Positions 24,398-37,699 of a stretch of 64,000 bases of DNA are shown here, in pieces (position 1 is the stretch's first letter; each line of letters opens with the position of its first letter). A program made the translations under genes and the position numbers. The stretch comes from Octopus sinensis (taxonomy: Eukaryota), in assembly GCF_006345805.1 (NCBI RefSeq), contig NC_043000.1:54808001-54872000 (forward strand), in the 5' to 3' direction. Under the pieces are notes generated by a model. That model was not told the origin of the DNA. It saw only the letters and a list, made by a program, of their open reading frames with translations, and ran no database searches.

Positions 24398-24480
<83 letters not shown>

Positions 24481-24520
24481 GTAGTAGTAGTAGTAGTAGT
24501 AGTAGAGTAGTAGTAGTAGC
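24188..24520. repeat. (AAT)n switching to (ATT)n then (AGT)n, with an internal 42-bp tandem duplication
   Basis: Polarity switch at about 24262; TTACTATTATCTTTATCATCAATATTATTAATTTTATTA occurs at about 24296 and 24338. Confidence 0.9.
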
Positions 24521-25920
24521 AGTAGTTCCTTATGTGTCAGATGAGCTCGAAGAGAGACAGTAATATACAAGCTTACGTTAAACTGGGTGCTGGCGAAATG
24601 AATGGCGAAATGAAAACCGTAATACAATATATAACCAAATCAACTAAAATCTTATGATACACACAAATTTATGTAGAGATACATATAAAACCTCTGATCA
24701 GATACACAATAGTTAAAGTAATATATCTATATTAATGTTGCACACATCTTCCCAGAAAACATCCAAAGTATACGTTTTTATATAATATACCGATTTAGAG
24801 GTTCCAAAGCATTTCATGAAGCACTATCTTCTATACTGAACAAGTGAAGACCCATGTCTTCTGGATTGTAAAGAGTTACACTTGAAATATTGTCCAGCTG
24901 GCTTTATGCTGCTACTATACTTCCATTTTCTTTTTGATCTCTAAATCATTGAAATATCCCATAAATTTAATAGTTTTTTAGAGCATTTTGTTTAGCAATT
25001 GATTTTTAAATATAAGTGATTCAGATCGGGGGCTAGTTCCACTTTGCACTTCATTTGTTCCTCTTCCAGAGATAGTGATCCTTCCTCACCGCACAGCAGT
25101 TCTACGTTGCCTGGAAAGTACGCCACCTCACAAGTTTCAAAACTCTTCTGAGGTCTCTTTCTTTAGGTCCTACTTTCCCCATCTGTCTCTGATATAATAC
25201 TGCATGTGCACTTTTGGAATTTGGCAACCGAAAACTTTTAAATGGATGCTAAACTTTCAGGTCTTCCTCATAGTACCCCTAAAATGCAGTTATATTATTT
25301 TGTGGTCATGCAGAATATGGTCCTGTATGTAAATTCATGTTGATTCCACCAGATCACATATCGCCGCAATGTTACACCTGCCCACATTACACCATAAAGA
25401 GGATTAACAGCTGACATCCCTAAAGATAACACTTTTTGCTCGCTCTCCCACCATCATTGTGATTACAGTTTATATTTGGCTTTGTGTTTTTGCACTGTCC
25501 CCAGTTTCAAAAATCATACACATAGTGCCAAATATCCTTCTCCAAAAGAATATTTAGTTTAAATATCTGGCTTCACTATCTATAAAACGTAAATAGGACG
25601 AGATAATTGCACAGTTGTTTTTTCCTGGCACACTGCTACATTAACTTTCTTCTTTCACTCATTACTTGTAAAAGCCTGGCCTAAATTCAGTACTCAAAAT
25701 GTGTCTTGCTATTGATTTCCGAAGAAAATAATGATTGTCATAATGATTGTCGTCCTGTTAGAGAAAACTTGACACAAAATCAATCCATCATTGTTCTTGT
25801 TTACACGCGAAACATTTGTACGCATATTGTTGTTCTCGACTAGAAAATATATTCTCGTTTGAACTAAAATACCTGTGATTTCTTTTTGACAATGCATGTT
25901 ATAACTATATTGCACAGCAA

Positions 25921-26152
25921 AGGTGACGAGCTGGCAGAATCGTTAGCACGCCGGGCGAAATGCTTAGCGGTATTTCGTCTGCCGTTACGTTCTGAGTTCA
26001 AATTCCGCCGAGGTCGACTTTGCCTTTCACCCTTTCGGGGTCGATAAATTAAGTACCAGTTGCGTATTAGGGTCGATCTAATCGACTTAATCCCTTTGTC
26101 TGTCCTTGTTTGTCACCTCTATGTTTAGCCCCTTGTGGGCAATAAAGAAATA
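25921..26152 (+). mobile_element. SINE family B (Nin/Deu-like), well preserved
   Basis: GGTGACGAGCTGGCAGAATCGTTAG...GAGTTCAAATTCCGCCGAGGTCGACTTTGCCTTTCACCCTTTCGGGGTCGATAAATTAAGTACCAG...AATAAAGAAATAA. Confidence 0.85.
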
Positions 26153-26350
26153 AGAATCGTTCGGATGCAGGACAAAAATACTTAGCGACGTAACATATGC
26201 CTTAACGTTCTGAGTTCAAATTCAACAGTAGCTGACTTTGCCTTTCATCCTTTCAGGGTTGATAAGATAAGTACCGATTGAGCACTGGAGTCGATGAAAT
26301 CGACTTTATTCCTTTCCCAGACTTGTAGACCTAGTGCCAAAATTCCAAAC
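26153..26350 (+). mobile_element. second, older SINE family B copy in tandem
   Basis: GAATCGTT...GAGTTCAAATTC...GACTTTGCCTTTCATCCTTTCAGGGTTGATAAGATAAGTACC. Confidence 0.75.
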
Positions 26351-26858
26351 CAATCTATTGCGTTGCAATTAATTAACTTTCTGTACATACATTGGAAAAT
26401 GTACATAAATGCATACACGCATACCTACACACACACATACATACATACAGAAATCGATACATACACACATACTTTTATATATATATATTATATCAATTTA
26501 CTGCAAATATATGTATATACATAGATATATTTATTTATATGAGCATGTGTATATTTATATGTACTGTTGGTCAGACGTTCATTAATGACTCTCAACAGAG
26601 TCTGGAGCTATTGCACGAATGAGGAGACAAACGAAAGAGGGGGATCAACACATTTATTGGGATTTACATGTATAGATTAAAACAGGGTGAATCATACTTG
26701 GTACTCTGAGTTTCAAGCGTGTGGCTAGTCTTCGAGCATTGAGGTCTGTAGACTAGCCAATCGTTTGAATGTCAGATTACAAAGGAGTCTGTATCAAACT
26801 CTCAATGTAACTCCCAATAAATGTGTTGAGTGTCCTTGTTTCATTTGTCTCCTCACTC

Positions 26859-26891
<33 letters not shown>

Positions 26892-27077
26892 CATACCTAC
26901 ATCTATATGTAAATATACATGCATATATGGGTACAGGGCATCAAAAAACGTAGAACACAACGAGAAACGAAATCATAAAAACAAAAAACATGGAAACGAA
27001 CTATTTTTCAAACAACGTAAAAAGCAGAATACAAGACATACAACACAAGGAATATTCCTCTTCTTCAGTTGTCCCTG

Positions 27078-27111
<34 letters not shown>

Positions 27112-27290
27112 AAGGGTAAGTTTACGAAAATAAACGAAAGACGAAGACAGGTGGTGTACAAACAAACAGATGTATTAGTATAGCGCTCAGGAATTGAAAA
27201 AGTATTTTATGTTTCGAGCCTACGTTTTTCTACAGAAAGGTACGCAGAAACAAACAAGGAGAGAAAGAAAATGTGTGTAGTAGGTCACTA
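27112..27290. repeat. short interspersed repeat family D (copy 1), next to (TA)n
   Basis: Aligns with 51220-51400 (AAAATAAACxAAAGACxAAGACAGGxGGTGTAxA...GTTTCGAGCCTACG). Confidence 0.75.
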
Positions 27291-27296
27291 AATGCC

Positions 27297-27548
27297 ACTA
27301 GGATGTTAGGAAACACCTACATTGCTAGAAATAATAGCTAAATGGCTCTAATGCTGTAGTTAATGTACATGAATGAAGACATATACACTAACAGAGATCA
27401 TAATCATCCGAAAAGTGCCGGTCAAGAACTTTTCGGACGATCATGGACCTTGTTAGTGTATATGTTTTCATTCATGTGCGTTAACTACAGCATTAGAACG
27501 GTTTAGCTCTTATTTCTAGCAACGTAGGTTTTTTTCTAACACCCTAGT
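27297..27548. repeat. imperfect foldback palindrome (arms about 119 bp, 13-nt loop)
   Basis: ACTAGGATGTTAGG...CATCCGAAAAG [TGCCGGTCAAGAA] CTTTTCGGACG...CTAACACCCTAGT. Confidence 0.9.
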
Positions 27549-28457
27549 CACATTTTTTGACATTTGTAATTCTCCTTTTTGGTAAAACCTTGCAAACTGC
27601 TGTTTATATTAATTTTACATGCGTGTGTATGTGTGTGCGGGCGCATTTATCTTTTGTGCGTGTGTGTATGTATATATGTATGTATGTACGTATGTATGTG
27701 CGTGTGAGCGTGTGTGTGCACACACAACTCTAATGTCTCTTACGCATTTTTGTATATCTAATTGACTTGTCTGCTGAAAATAGACGCGTGCTTGGATTTT
27801 AACTTGAACGAAGCAGGAAGATGCCGGCAGAAATTGCGCCTTACGCACGAGATCATAAAACGATTTGAATTTATTTTCATTTCACACCTGGTTAATGATG
27901 TTCTGCCCGCGCTTATTCACTCGAGCAATTATACACAGATTTACCAGAAACTCTCTCTCTCTCCCTTTCTTTCTCTCTATAGATCTATATATATATATAT
28001 GTCTATATGTATATATATATAGACAGACAGAGACAGAAAGAGAGAGACAAATTGATAGATAGATAGATAGATACGTATACATATACATACACTCACATAT
28101 ATTTTAGTGTACAGTTCAGTTAAAATAAGATAAAAAGAGAACTCTATACAGTGAGTGATGAGTATAAGTTAAGTCACACAGTATAAAGGTACCAGCTACT
28201 AATAGTTTAATGCATTGGTGACACTAGCCTAGGCACGTTTTTGTAACACACCATGTATTACCAAGCAATCTCAGACTTTGAGCTCAAGGCCTATTCAATT
28301 TATATACCAAGACTCCGGAATAAGAGAAATCGCAAGAAAACCGAGTTGGAAGGTTGAGAAGGACGGAAAAAGAAAAGAAAAAAATTAGATTTATGTCTTC
28401 TTTGACCGTTTAGCCACAATATAGCTAATAGGAAAACAATTCAACTGAGAGTTGTCC

Positions 28458-28855
28458 AAAGTCTACGAGACAGCTGTTCAATCCGGAGAGCGTGGTGGCC
28501 TACAGTACACCAAAAGAAAGTTGAGCGTGTGTTCACATCCGCTGAAAAATTATGATGTGGAATTCGGTAGTGTGTTGGTAATCTTAGCAACGTTTGGTGT
28601 TTGAAGGCAAAATCCACAGCACATAGAATAAATTGGTGAATCGTAGTGAAAACTCATGCTCTATTCTTACCGGATCTAAAAACTGAAACTTACGCGCAGC
28701 CGAAGGATCGCATATACTTTTTAAATCGAAAGAATTCCACCGCATTACTGAATTCCACTTAAGAAATTTCAGCAAATGGGAACATATGGACATATTTTTT
28801 TCGGCGTACTGTAGGCCACCACTTTTCTGGATTGAGCAGCTGTTGCGTAGACTTT
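28458..28855. repeat. old imperfect inverted repeat (arms 28458-28585 and 28730-28855)
   Basis: AAAGTCTACGAGACAGCTGTTCAATCC...GTGGTGGCCTACAGTAC vs reverse complement AAAGTCTACGCAACAGCTGCTCAATCC...GTGGTGGCCTACAGTAC. Confidence 0.85.
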
Positions 28856-31262
28856 TAACCACGCTCCGTTGAAGGGTTCTACAAGTATACATTTTTGCCA
28901 CTATACATTTCAGTGAAGCATTACATAGCGTCGTATCGTTATCGACTGCTATTGCTAGCAAACATTTGTGCCTCGTTGTACTACTATTTCCTATTTATTA
29001 TTCTACTTTTTCGGTGCTTTATTTGGCTTGTAAGTGATACTATTGCAGTGTAATGCAATGATATTTAAAATTTATATATATGTGTGGGTAAGAGTGTAGG
29101 TGTGTGCGTGCGTATGTATATATGTATGCATGTATGTACGTATGTGTGTACGTATGTATGTATGTATGTATGTATGTGTGTATATGAATATTATGAATAT
29201 ATATATATATATATTGTATGGTTCGGGTGTGATTTCAGATAACCAATTTTTAAATATTATAGACAAATAGGCAGTCATAAATAATTACGCTCACACGCTC
29301 ATATACCCATAGATACACACACATATGCATACATGTCTGTATGCATAAACATAATTACCTATGTATATACATATGCATACCTAAAAACTTATGCACGAAC
29401 ACATATATGTATGTATGTAAGCATTCTTACGTTGGATTCTCTTAGGTAAGCTATAATGCAATATCAACCAACTCATAGTAATATCACTGAAGCCAACAGC
29501 AAAATAAGTGCATTTACAAGGAAAGAGAGAGGGGGAGGAGAGATAACAGGTGGAAGAGAAAGAGAATGTGTTAGTATAAAATTGATTGATTGCAGATCGT
29601 TATATATTGTTGTTCGCTGTCAATATATAACTTCATGATTCAATGTGTATTTAACAATCTAGTCCGATGTTAAATATTACAGATCTAAAAATAATTTGGC
29701 TGATTAAATTCACATACCTTTGAAATAATTTTGTCGGCAAATTGCCAATTTCGTCTATGGTAATTAGGAAAAATGCCGTTTCTGCGACGATTGGGCGCCA
29801 GGCATTCCCTTCAGTTTATACATGTTTATACATGTTTATATATTATTACAAAATAAAAACAAATGTGAAGGAGAATATTTTTTTTTTATTTTACTTCGAT
29901 TGCTACGAAATAAAAATGCAATTATCAAAAATCACATTTAAAAAGTATTGTATAAGAAAATAAACTTTCAAAATACTTCTATTTCTTTGTATATTATTCA
30001 TTCACTGCACAGATGAAATGGCTTCCTAACATTAATGTCAAAATGTCGCCACACATTCTATCTGTTCTCAATCATCTGCACTGCGTCATACCCTCTAGCT
30101 GAGTGATGTCTGGTCGTAATCTCACTATCAGTTTTGTAGTTTTTCACAGTAGATATATGATTTAGCTCTTCCTCTAATTTTGCCACCGGCAGGCTAGATA
30201 AATTGTCACACATTCGATGATAGATTTCTGAGTTCGTTTATGCAAACTGGCATTCAAAGTTTTTTGAGAAAGATATGTATCCGTCTCGAAATTGTTTATT
30301 TGATAATACTTCTGCCTATTATCTCTGTAGTGTATGTAGTTTAGATACTTGAAATACATGCACACACGCACACGCATATATATGTATATGTGTGTGTGTG
30401 TTCAAATTATCAACGTAGTTTATTTATATGTATTTGTGATGATCATATGTGCCTCAACAAAGCAGCTCATGTGAGATGCAACATATGTTCTTCTCAAATT
30501 ATCTAAAATTTTGCAATCCAGTGTAGATTTTCTGGCAGAGAACATTTTCTGTAACTATTTGTTTATTTGTTGAGTGTGTGCTTAGTATTTAGCACAACAA
30601 ACTGAAAACAGCCGTGTCTATATTTTGATCATTTGAGTGTAGGATTCAATATCTGTATCTGGCTGTTTCAAATTGGCTAAAGGTTTTGCTAAATGTGACT
30701 TGAATGTCTCCTCAGCTATCCATACCCAGAACTTTGCTTCTTGGAGATTTTTCCTTCAATAAAATTTCACAGATTTTCTTTCTCAGGAAGGAACATGACT
30801 GGTTTGTAAAAACGAACTTAAACTATGTATTTCTATATAATAGAAGTATCTATATATCAATGTATTTGCAAATGTTCAATGGTATGAAGTAGAATAAGGT
30901 AAGAAATGTGAAATAGTGTTATGGGCACACAAGCATTGCTTCATGCGAATATACTATGATAGAACGTATGTTTGTAAAAATGAGAATTTCTAAAAAATTT
31001 CTCCTTGTAGAGAAATAGGTGTAAATACACTGAGTCAGCTTACAATGTTCTTTTACCAAACTGTAGGACGCATACATTATGGAGTGGTTATCTCCTTTGC
31101 AACCACAGAGACCGCAAAGGTAGACGATACCAACTAACACGAGAAACTGACCCCTCTTATGATATACTCGTCGCTTTTCAGCGGCTCACAGTGAATGAAA
31201 TTCGGGGTGGGAGCGCTAAGCACTAGTGTTGGCGTTTTTCATACTAGTGGATTCTTTGAGGT

Positions 31263-32655
31263 TTGGTGAGGATATATTGCTTTAGCTGTTCTTTTACATC
31301 AGATATACCCTGTTCTGTAATTTTGTATTTCAACAGTATTTTTTCCTTTTTTTTGTCATTGCTCAGTAGTGTTGTTTGCCCACTAGTTTCAAGGACTGAT
31401 AAATCACTTCTGTTCTTTTCTTTTTTTATGGATATTATTTTTTCATAGAGTTTTTAGCTTGTGATAGACCTGTTTGGATGAGTTTGAGAGAATATCCAGC
31501 TTCTTATGTGGCCACAGAGGCTATTGCATGTATTATATATATATTTAACCTGCTGGTCATATTGACATTTGTTTTTGTTGCTATTCGTTCTGTGACGGTC
31601 AGGTCTGTATTAATTATTTTTATTGCTATCTTATTATCAAGTTACATTTTTGATTTCACTCATTATAAAAATATAATCATGGATTCCACCTTCAGATTTT
31701 CCAATTGTTAGGTGTGTTCCGTATTTTCCGTTTATATTTTTCTATGTGGTGTTCCGGTTTGGTGCATCTTGCTCATTATTATGCATTCCTATGGTTTAGG
31801 TTTGTTGTGCTTCGTTATTTACTTCGTTTCTGTTGCAGATGTTACGTCTATCTTTCACAGTCACAGTACTTATGTTATTATTTGGCATTGTTGTAGGGTC
31901 ATTATCTACGTTTGCCTGATGCATTTTTAAAGTGCTTTACTTCAATATCTGATATTTTTCTTCTTTTTTATAATGTATCATATTATGTTGACTAGTTTCT
32001 TAGGGTTCATCGATATTTCGAAATGTAGATTACTTTTCTTCCAGGTTTTATAAGTATATGTTGTGTTTTCGTTCTGTGGGTAGAGCCCTGCTGTGATATA
32101 ATCGAGTAGGATAGAAATATATACCTCTCGTGTCCATATATGCTTTTTTGATTTTATTTGTTGAATGTGAGGAATAACATCCGGTCCTTTATTTTCATGG
32201 TCATCATTTTCGTAGGGGACCGGTCTGTTCGTTTCTGGCGTTAAATGGTTTTGCACGTGTAGATTTTTGTACTTCTTTTGTAATAAACTTAGAGGATACA
32301 TTTTCGTTTGTTATCCTTGGGTTGTATAATACATGTATTTCTTTTTTTTTTGTATAATGGTTGGGGCCGGAGACGATATGTTGTTGATTTGAACCGTAAT
32401 GTGGCAAGCGTGTTTACACGTGTTGTGCGATTGATGGAGATGATACACAGTTATGATACATAATTTCATATGGAAAATAGAAATAGATTTTAATTGGTAT
32501 TTTTGTCAGTTATTTTAAGTTCCATTTCTTGATTTTTATTCCCGATGCTTTTGGATAGATTTCGGAGCAGTGTTTTGTTGTTCTCACGTGTTAAACTTTC
32601 CCGTCGGCGTTTCTTGAAACGTCCTCGCCAGTGTTTTCTGGCCGTCTCAGCCGGT
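31263..32655 (-). mobile_element. probable highly decayed retroelement remnant (possibly Penelope-like)
   Basis: Strong strand-biased composition, Lys/Asn/Ile-rich broken minus-strand frames, and a hammerhead-like remnant at its upstream end. No diagnostic protein motif was identified. Confidence 0.3.
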
Positions 32656-32661
32656 GGTTTA

Positions 32662-32663
<2 letters not shown>

Positions 32664-32717
<54 letters not shown>

Positions 32718-32837
32718 GTATTAGTATTACTATTATTATTATTATTGTTGTTGTTGTTATTATTATTATTATCATTATTATTATTATTAAAAACAACAAC
32801 AACAACAATAATAATAATGATAATAATAATAATAATA

Positions 32838-32904
<67 letters not shown>

Positions 32905-32930
32905 AAGAAGAAGAAGAAGAAGAAGAAGAA
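32664..32930. repeat. (ATT)n switching to (AAC/AAT)n then (AAG)n
   Basis: Directly visible; polarity switch at about 32788. Confidence 0.95.
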
Positions 32931-33264
32931 CATTGGAAACGGAAAGAAGTAAGGCCGGCGAGTTTGTACATATATACCATATGTATGATGCGTAGAGTTC
33001 AGTGTATTATTGGAAGTGTATACAGCAGTCATAAGCACACAGATTTTTGCACGCATGCATGCACATACACACACACAGTCTGTGTTCTCGTCTTCGAACT
33101 TGGAACCAAAATTGGCCCTACCAGGATTTTAGAACTTCCAACGGCATCGCACTCAGTCTCCTTCGTCTATGCAAGCTACTCCACCACGACAAGGAGCGAG
33201 CACCAAAGACGTTACATAATATGTATGTAGATTTAGATATGAGATAGAGAGAATCATGTATTGA

Positions 33265-33480
33265 GGGTATGACCCGGTGGTCAGAGTGTTGCGTTCATGA
33301 TCACGAGTTCATGGTTTCCGTTACTAGACCAGCTGGTGCATTGTGTACTTGAGCAAAACACTTCATCTCAAATTGCTCTGCAATCACATTGTCACCTGGC
33401 ATGTGGTACACAACGCAACCGTTCAGGCAACGTTGATTTGATGAAGCGAACGAGCTAATGTACAGCATATACATCTCATC
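33265..33480 (+). mobile_element. tRNA-derived CORE-like SINE, decayed
   Basis: GGTGGTCAGAGTG head, GTGTACTTGAGCAAAACACTTCATCTC core. Confidence 0.5.
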
Positions 33481-34559
33481 TCAATTAAAAATTCATGTGT
33501 GAAGGTTGTTCAGCAAGAAATTGGAGAACCGTCTTTCTTGGACTACAAAGACTATTGTCCCCAAACTTATGTGTATAGTTATACACATACATACATTTAC
33601 TCTTGAGTAGCTGACAATTGAACAGCTATGACCTCTGACGTGATTTTTAATGATGTAGATATTCGGGGCTTTATCACCATCATCCTTCCTACTTTTATTA
33701 TAAACCATCACTTCTTTTTCAGCTTCTCCCCAACGTTATCAACAACATTTAATCACCTACATACATCTCTACCCCTCTGTGTATCTTTCTTAAATTCCAA
33801 TATTTTTTCATTAGTTAATTTTTGTTTTATGTACCCTTCTGTGTATCCTTAGTTTTCCTAAAATTTTAACTTTTGTGTACTCATTGTACTTGTAACTTCA
33901 AATTTTGCCGATTCCCTCACCATCATTGTCACCGTCGTCTTCTTTATTAGTATGAATGCGCTCTGCTTAGCGAAAATACACATCCCGCAACAGTATGTAG
34001 TTTCTTATTGTTCGAAGTTTTTTTAAAAGCAGCCAAACGTCACTAGCTTGACTGATACTTTACCTATACATCTTCACACTTAGTCATTATACTTTAACTA
34101 ATTCATTCTAACTGGCATTACACGCCTGCATAATTCTCTCCTCATTTCTACATATGTGTGTGTGTGTGTGTGTGCGTGTGTGTGGGTAATAACTCTTTCC
34201 ATATGCATGTGCGCTGATGTTCAGTATGCTCTCTCAGAAGCTAATATAAACACGTAATTGATAAGTATAAACATGCAAAACTTTGTGATTTCCTTTGTGT
34301 TCTACAAAAATCATGTTACTATGTTAATATAAATTATATTTGCGTAAGAAATCGATATCAATTTCTCAGCTCTGAGACTTCTCTAATGCATATTACATAA
34401 AATGCGAACGAACAGGAGAAAATTACACAAAGCGTAAAAAAAAATGGGAAGCAAATATTAACGTAGTATCAAAATGCATGAGAAACATATTCCCAATGTG
34501 TTGTCTGGTTCTGTCTGAATATACACTGTATTTATATCATTCTGCTCTCTTCGTGTAGA

Positions 34560-35000
<441 letters not shown>

Positions 35001-35875
35001 GTGCATGCATGCATAATATGAAAATATACCATTCGTTTGCTATTGTCTTTTAAATATGGTAATGTTATCAAATACATTTGCAACTCCTTAGCGATATTTT
35101 TCTGAAATACATTAACGATCGATATGAATGCATACGATTGCAACAAACAATTTAATGATTATCACAGTATTGCAATCCTCAAGAATATTCCGTTCAGACT
35201 ATTTAATCCCATGATCTATTAATACACTCGGCAAATATTTTTAGCTGAAGTCTTAGCGGATTCGGATAAGTGTTGTTTTATTCTACATGAACATTTGCGA
35301 AACGATTGTAATAAAATGAATTTGACATGTTATAAAAATCGGAAAAAATAAATATTTAGCTTACTTAGTGTCTAATTATATTCTAGTAATGTAGTTATCG
35401 TTTGGTCACTAAATTAATTTATATATCTCAGTGCATTTCATTTATATATCCTGCTTTGTATTTAGTATACAACTTTGTATTTATATATTTATTTATTTTT
35501 ATGCGCCCTTTTCAAGCCTAGCCAGCCTCATGGGCCCGGTTTCCCGGTTTCTATGGCGTATGTGCCCCCCACCCAGCTGGACAGGATGCCAGCGTTACTC
35601 AAGAAACAGGAAGAGACAGTGACAAACGAAAAATACACCGCCGATAGTTGTTGTTGACAAACAACTGTAGTAATTTTATTCAGCTGAATACAGGTCATTG
35701 ATTGCTTGGAACTACCGAAATACGAGAACTTTAACGTGAAATAACTTCGTAAGTATAAGTTTTTTCTTAAAAATGCTAAGAATAAAACATGTTTTATATG
35801 ACACATTCTACCATTGTCCGAAGTTTGAAAGTGTTTAGTTACACAAACTTGTTTTTTAAATCTGTACGTGAAAAG

Positions 35876-35985
35876 ATCTCCGAAACATTGTATTAACAAC
35901 AAAGAAGACGAGGACAAATATCCGTCGAATGTAATTAATGTAAATAATGTACAAAATTCCTCGCCTGTTAAATATAGAACTGGAA
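35876..35985 (+). mobile_element. third, 5'-truncated copy of the hammerhead-SINE tail
   Basis: CCGAAACATTGTATTAACAACAAAGAAGACGAGGACAAATATCCGTCGAATGTAATTAATGTAAATAATGTAC...AAATATAGAACTG matches 18828-18940. Confidence 0.8.
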
Positions 35986-35992
35986 TATATAT

Positions 35993-36290
35993 TGTTTTAC
36001 TCTTTTATTGTTTTAAACGTTTCGCCCCCAAAGGCTCTGGCCATGCTGGATCACCGCCAATATAATCACCTTTCAACGGCCAATCGTATGTGGGTGGCTT
36101 TTGATGAAGGAGTGAGTTTAACACTGCTACTCAATTTTGAATGTCCTGCCGTGATATAGGTTCATCTGGGACCTTGGTTATCAGGCGGTCAAGTTGTTTC
36201 TTATATTTTCTCCTACTCCATTAAGGTGTTTTGCCAAGGTTTTAAATAGCTGTGTGTCGTTTAATTCCAAGCTATTCTAGAACATGTTCC
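35993..36290 (-). mobile_element. L2-group (Daphne/Crack-like) LINE 3' end
   Basis: TQLFKTLAKHL...YKKQLDRLITKVPDEPISRQDIQN*VAVLNSLLHQ resembles LFN-x-LP...LD-x2-L-x2-VPDEP...NSL. A 3' UTR and AAAACAATAAAAGAGTAAAA tail follow. Confidence 0.7.
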
Positions 36291-36319
36291 TCACTCTAGA
36301 CGGGACAATTTATTAACAA

Positions 36320-36716
36320 CTAGCAGTATCGCCCGGCGTTGCTCGGGTTGTAAGGGAAATAACTATATAAGCATTTTTAGAGAGTTATAGCCAAAAAATA
36401 GCAAAAAATTGCATTAAAAATTGAAAAAAAATTAAGGTAATTTTTTTTTAAATCGTTGACACATCGTAGATATTTTTAGAGAGTTACTTCCCTTATATAA
36501 AAGCGAAAAAAATGCATTAAAATGGAAAAATATGATGGTAAATATTTTTTAAATCGTAGACTCATCGTAGACGCGCGCTAATACCCAGAAGGGCTCGATA
36601 TGAATCACGACTATAAGATACCCGCTTTTGGTTAAACTGCACCGCAAAATGTGGGAGTAGTTAGGAATCTAAATCGTAGGAGACAGACACACAACCTTTT
36701 TTTTTTCAATCATAGA
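36320..36716 (-). mobile_element. non-autonomous Helitron (copy 1)
   Basis: Minus-strand 3' end ...CCCGAGCAACGCCGGGCGATACTG-CTAG|T (hairpin plus CTAG). Aligns with 53053-53565 and has an internal duplication of about 120 bp. Confidence 0.8.
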
Positions 36717-37699
36717 GTTAGATTTATGAAGGTCTTCAGTAGAAAATCCTTCGAATTCTGACTCGCTGCTTGATATAATGAAATCCGTATCCATTTTTTG
36801 TCAGAATTACAAATTTTGAAAACACAATAGGAACAAATTTCGGAAACAAATCTCCCATAATTCACGGAATTAAAATTACACTTCGATTTTTGTACAAAAC
36901 TGTAGTTGAAGTGTTTACGAAGTATAATACGTGTTTTCACGAATGTACTAAAGAGATTTGCTCTGATATTCTCATTTAAATATGAATAGGTAAATTCGGG
37001 CGGTTTGGTAACGAAAGGGTTAAACGGATGCATACATTTATTAATCTCTTATTATAATAACTATATATAAGTGTCGTCTGTTTATACATAAACACTGTTT
37101 CATACTGCAATTATATATACATATATCTATATATAATATTATATAATAAAATATATACAGAGTAACATAAAAACCAATTTACCTTTTCTGTATTGTTATA
37201 GCAATTCCACCGTCCGTGTGTCTTTGCAAATGTGTTGGAATGATAAGTGAGTTGTGTTTTGGCGCCTTTTTTACTAATAACAAACACACACGTGTTTGTA
37301 TGTAGTTGTTTGAAACGTTTGTGTTTGCCACTCTCATATATATGTATGTGTATGCGTGTGTATGAGGAATGACACACACACACTCACGCACGCACACATG
37401 TACATCAATGCTTTCGGAGTGATATGTTAAAATATTGAGTTTTCTCGAATTTTGTCTTAATTGGTGGTAAAATTGAAAGAATTTTTTTATGGCATCACAC
37501 ACTGAAGTACTCTGAAAAATCATGGGTACACTCTAATTGAAGAAATTGTGTGAGGAGTAAATCGTTATGTATTTATTTGTTTCTGTTTGCTGTGTTTTTT
37601 TTATTTTTTGAGTAGTGGTTTAAATACTTTCAGTTTAGTCTTCCTCAAATCACTCTGTCGCTATTTACTTTCATTTTATTCGTTGCACACTGTGTGTGT

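Noticed and set aside
24880-25260. Semi-open minus-strand frames that look like an old TE ORF
   Set aside because: Multiple stops and no motif I can name.
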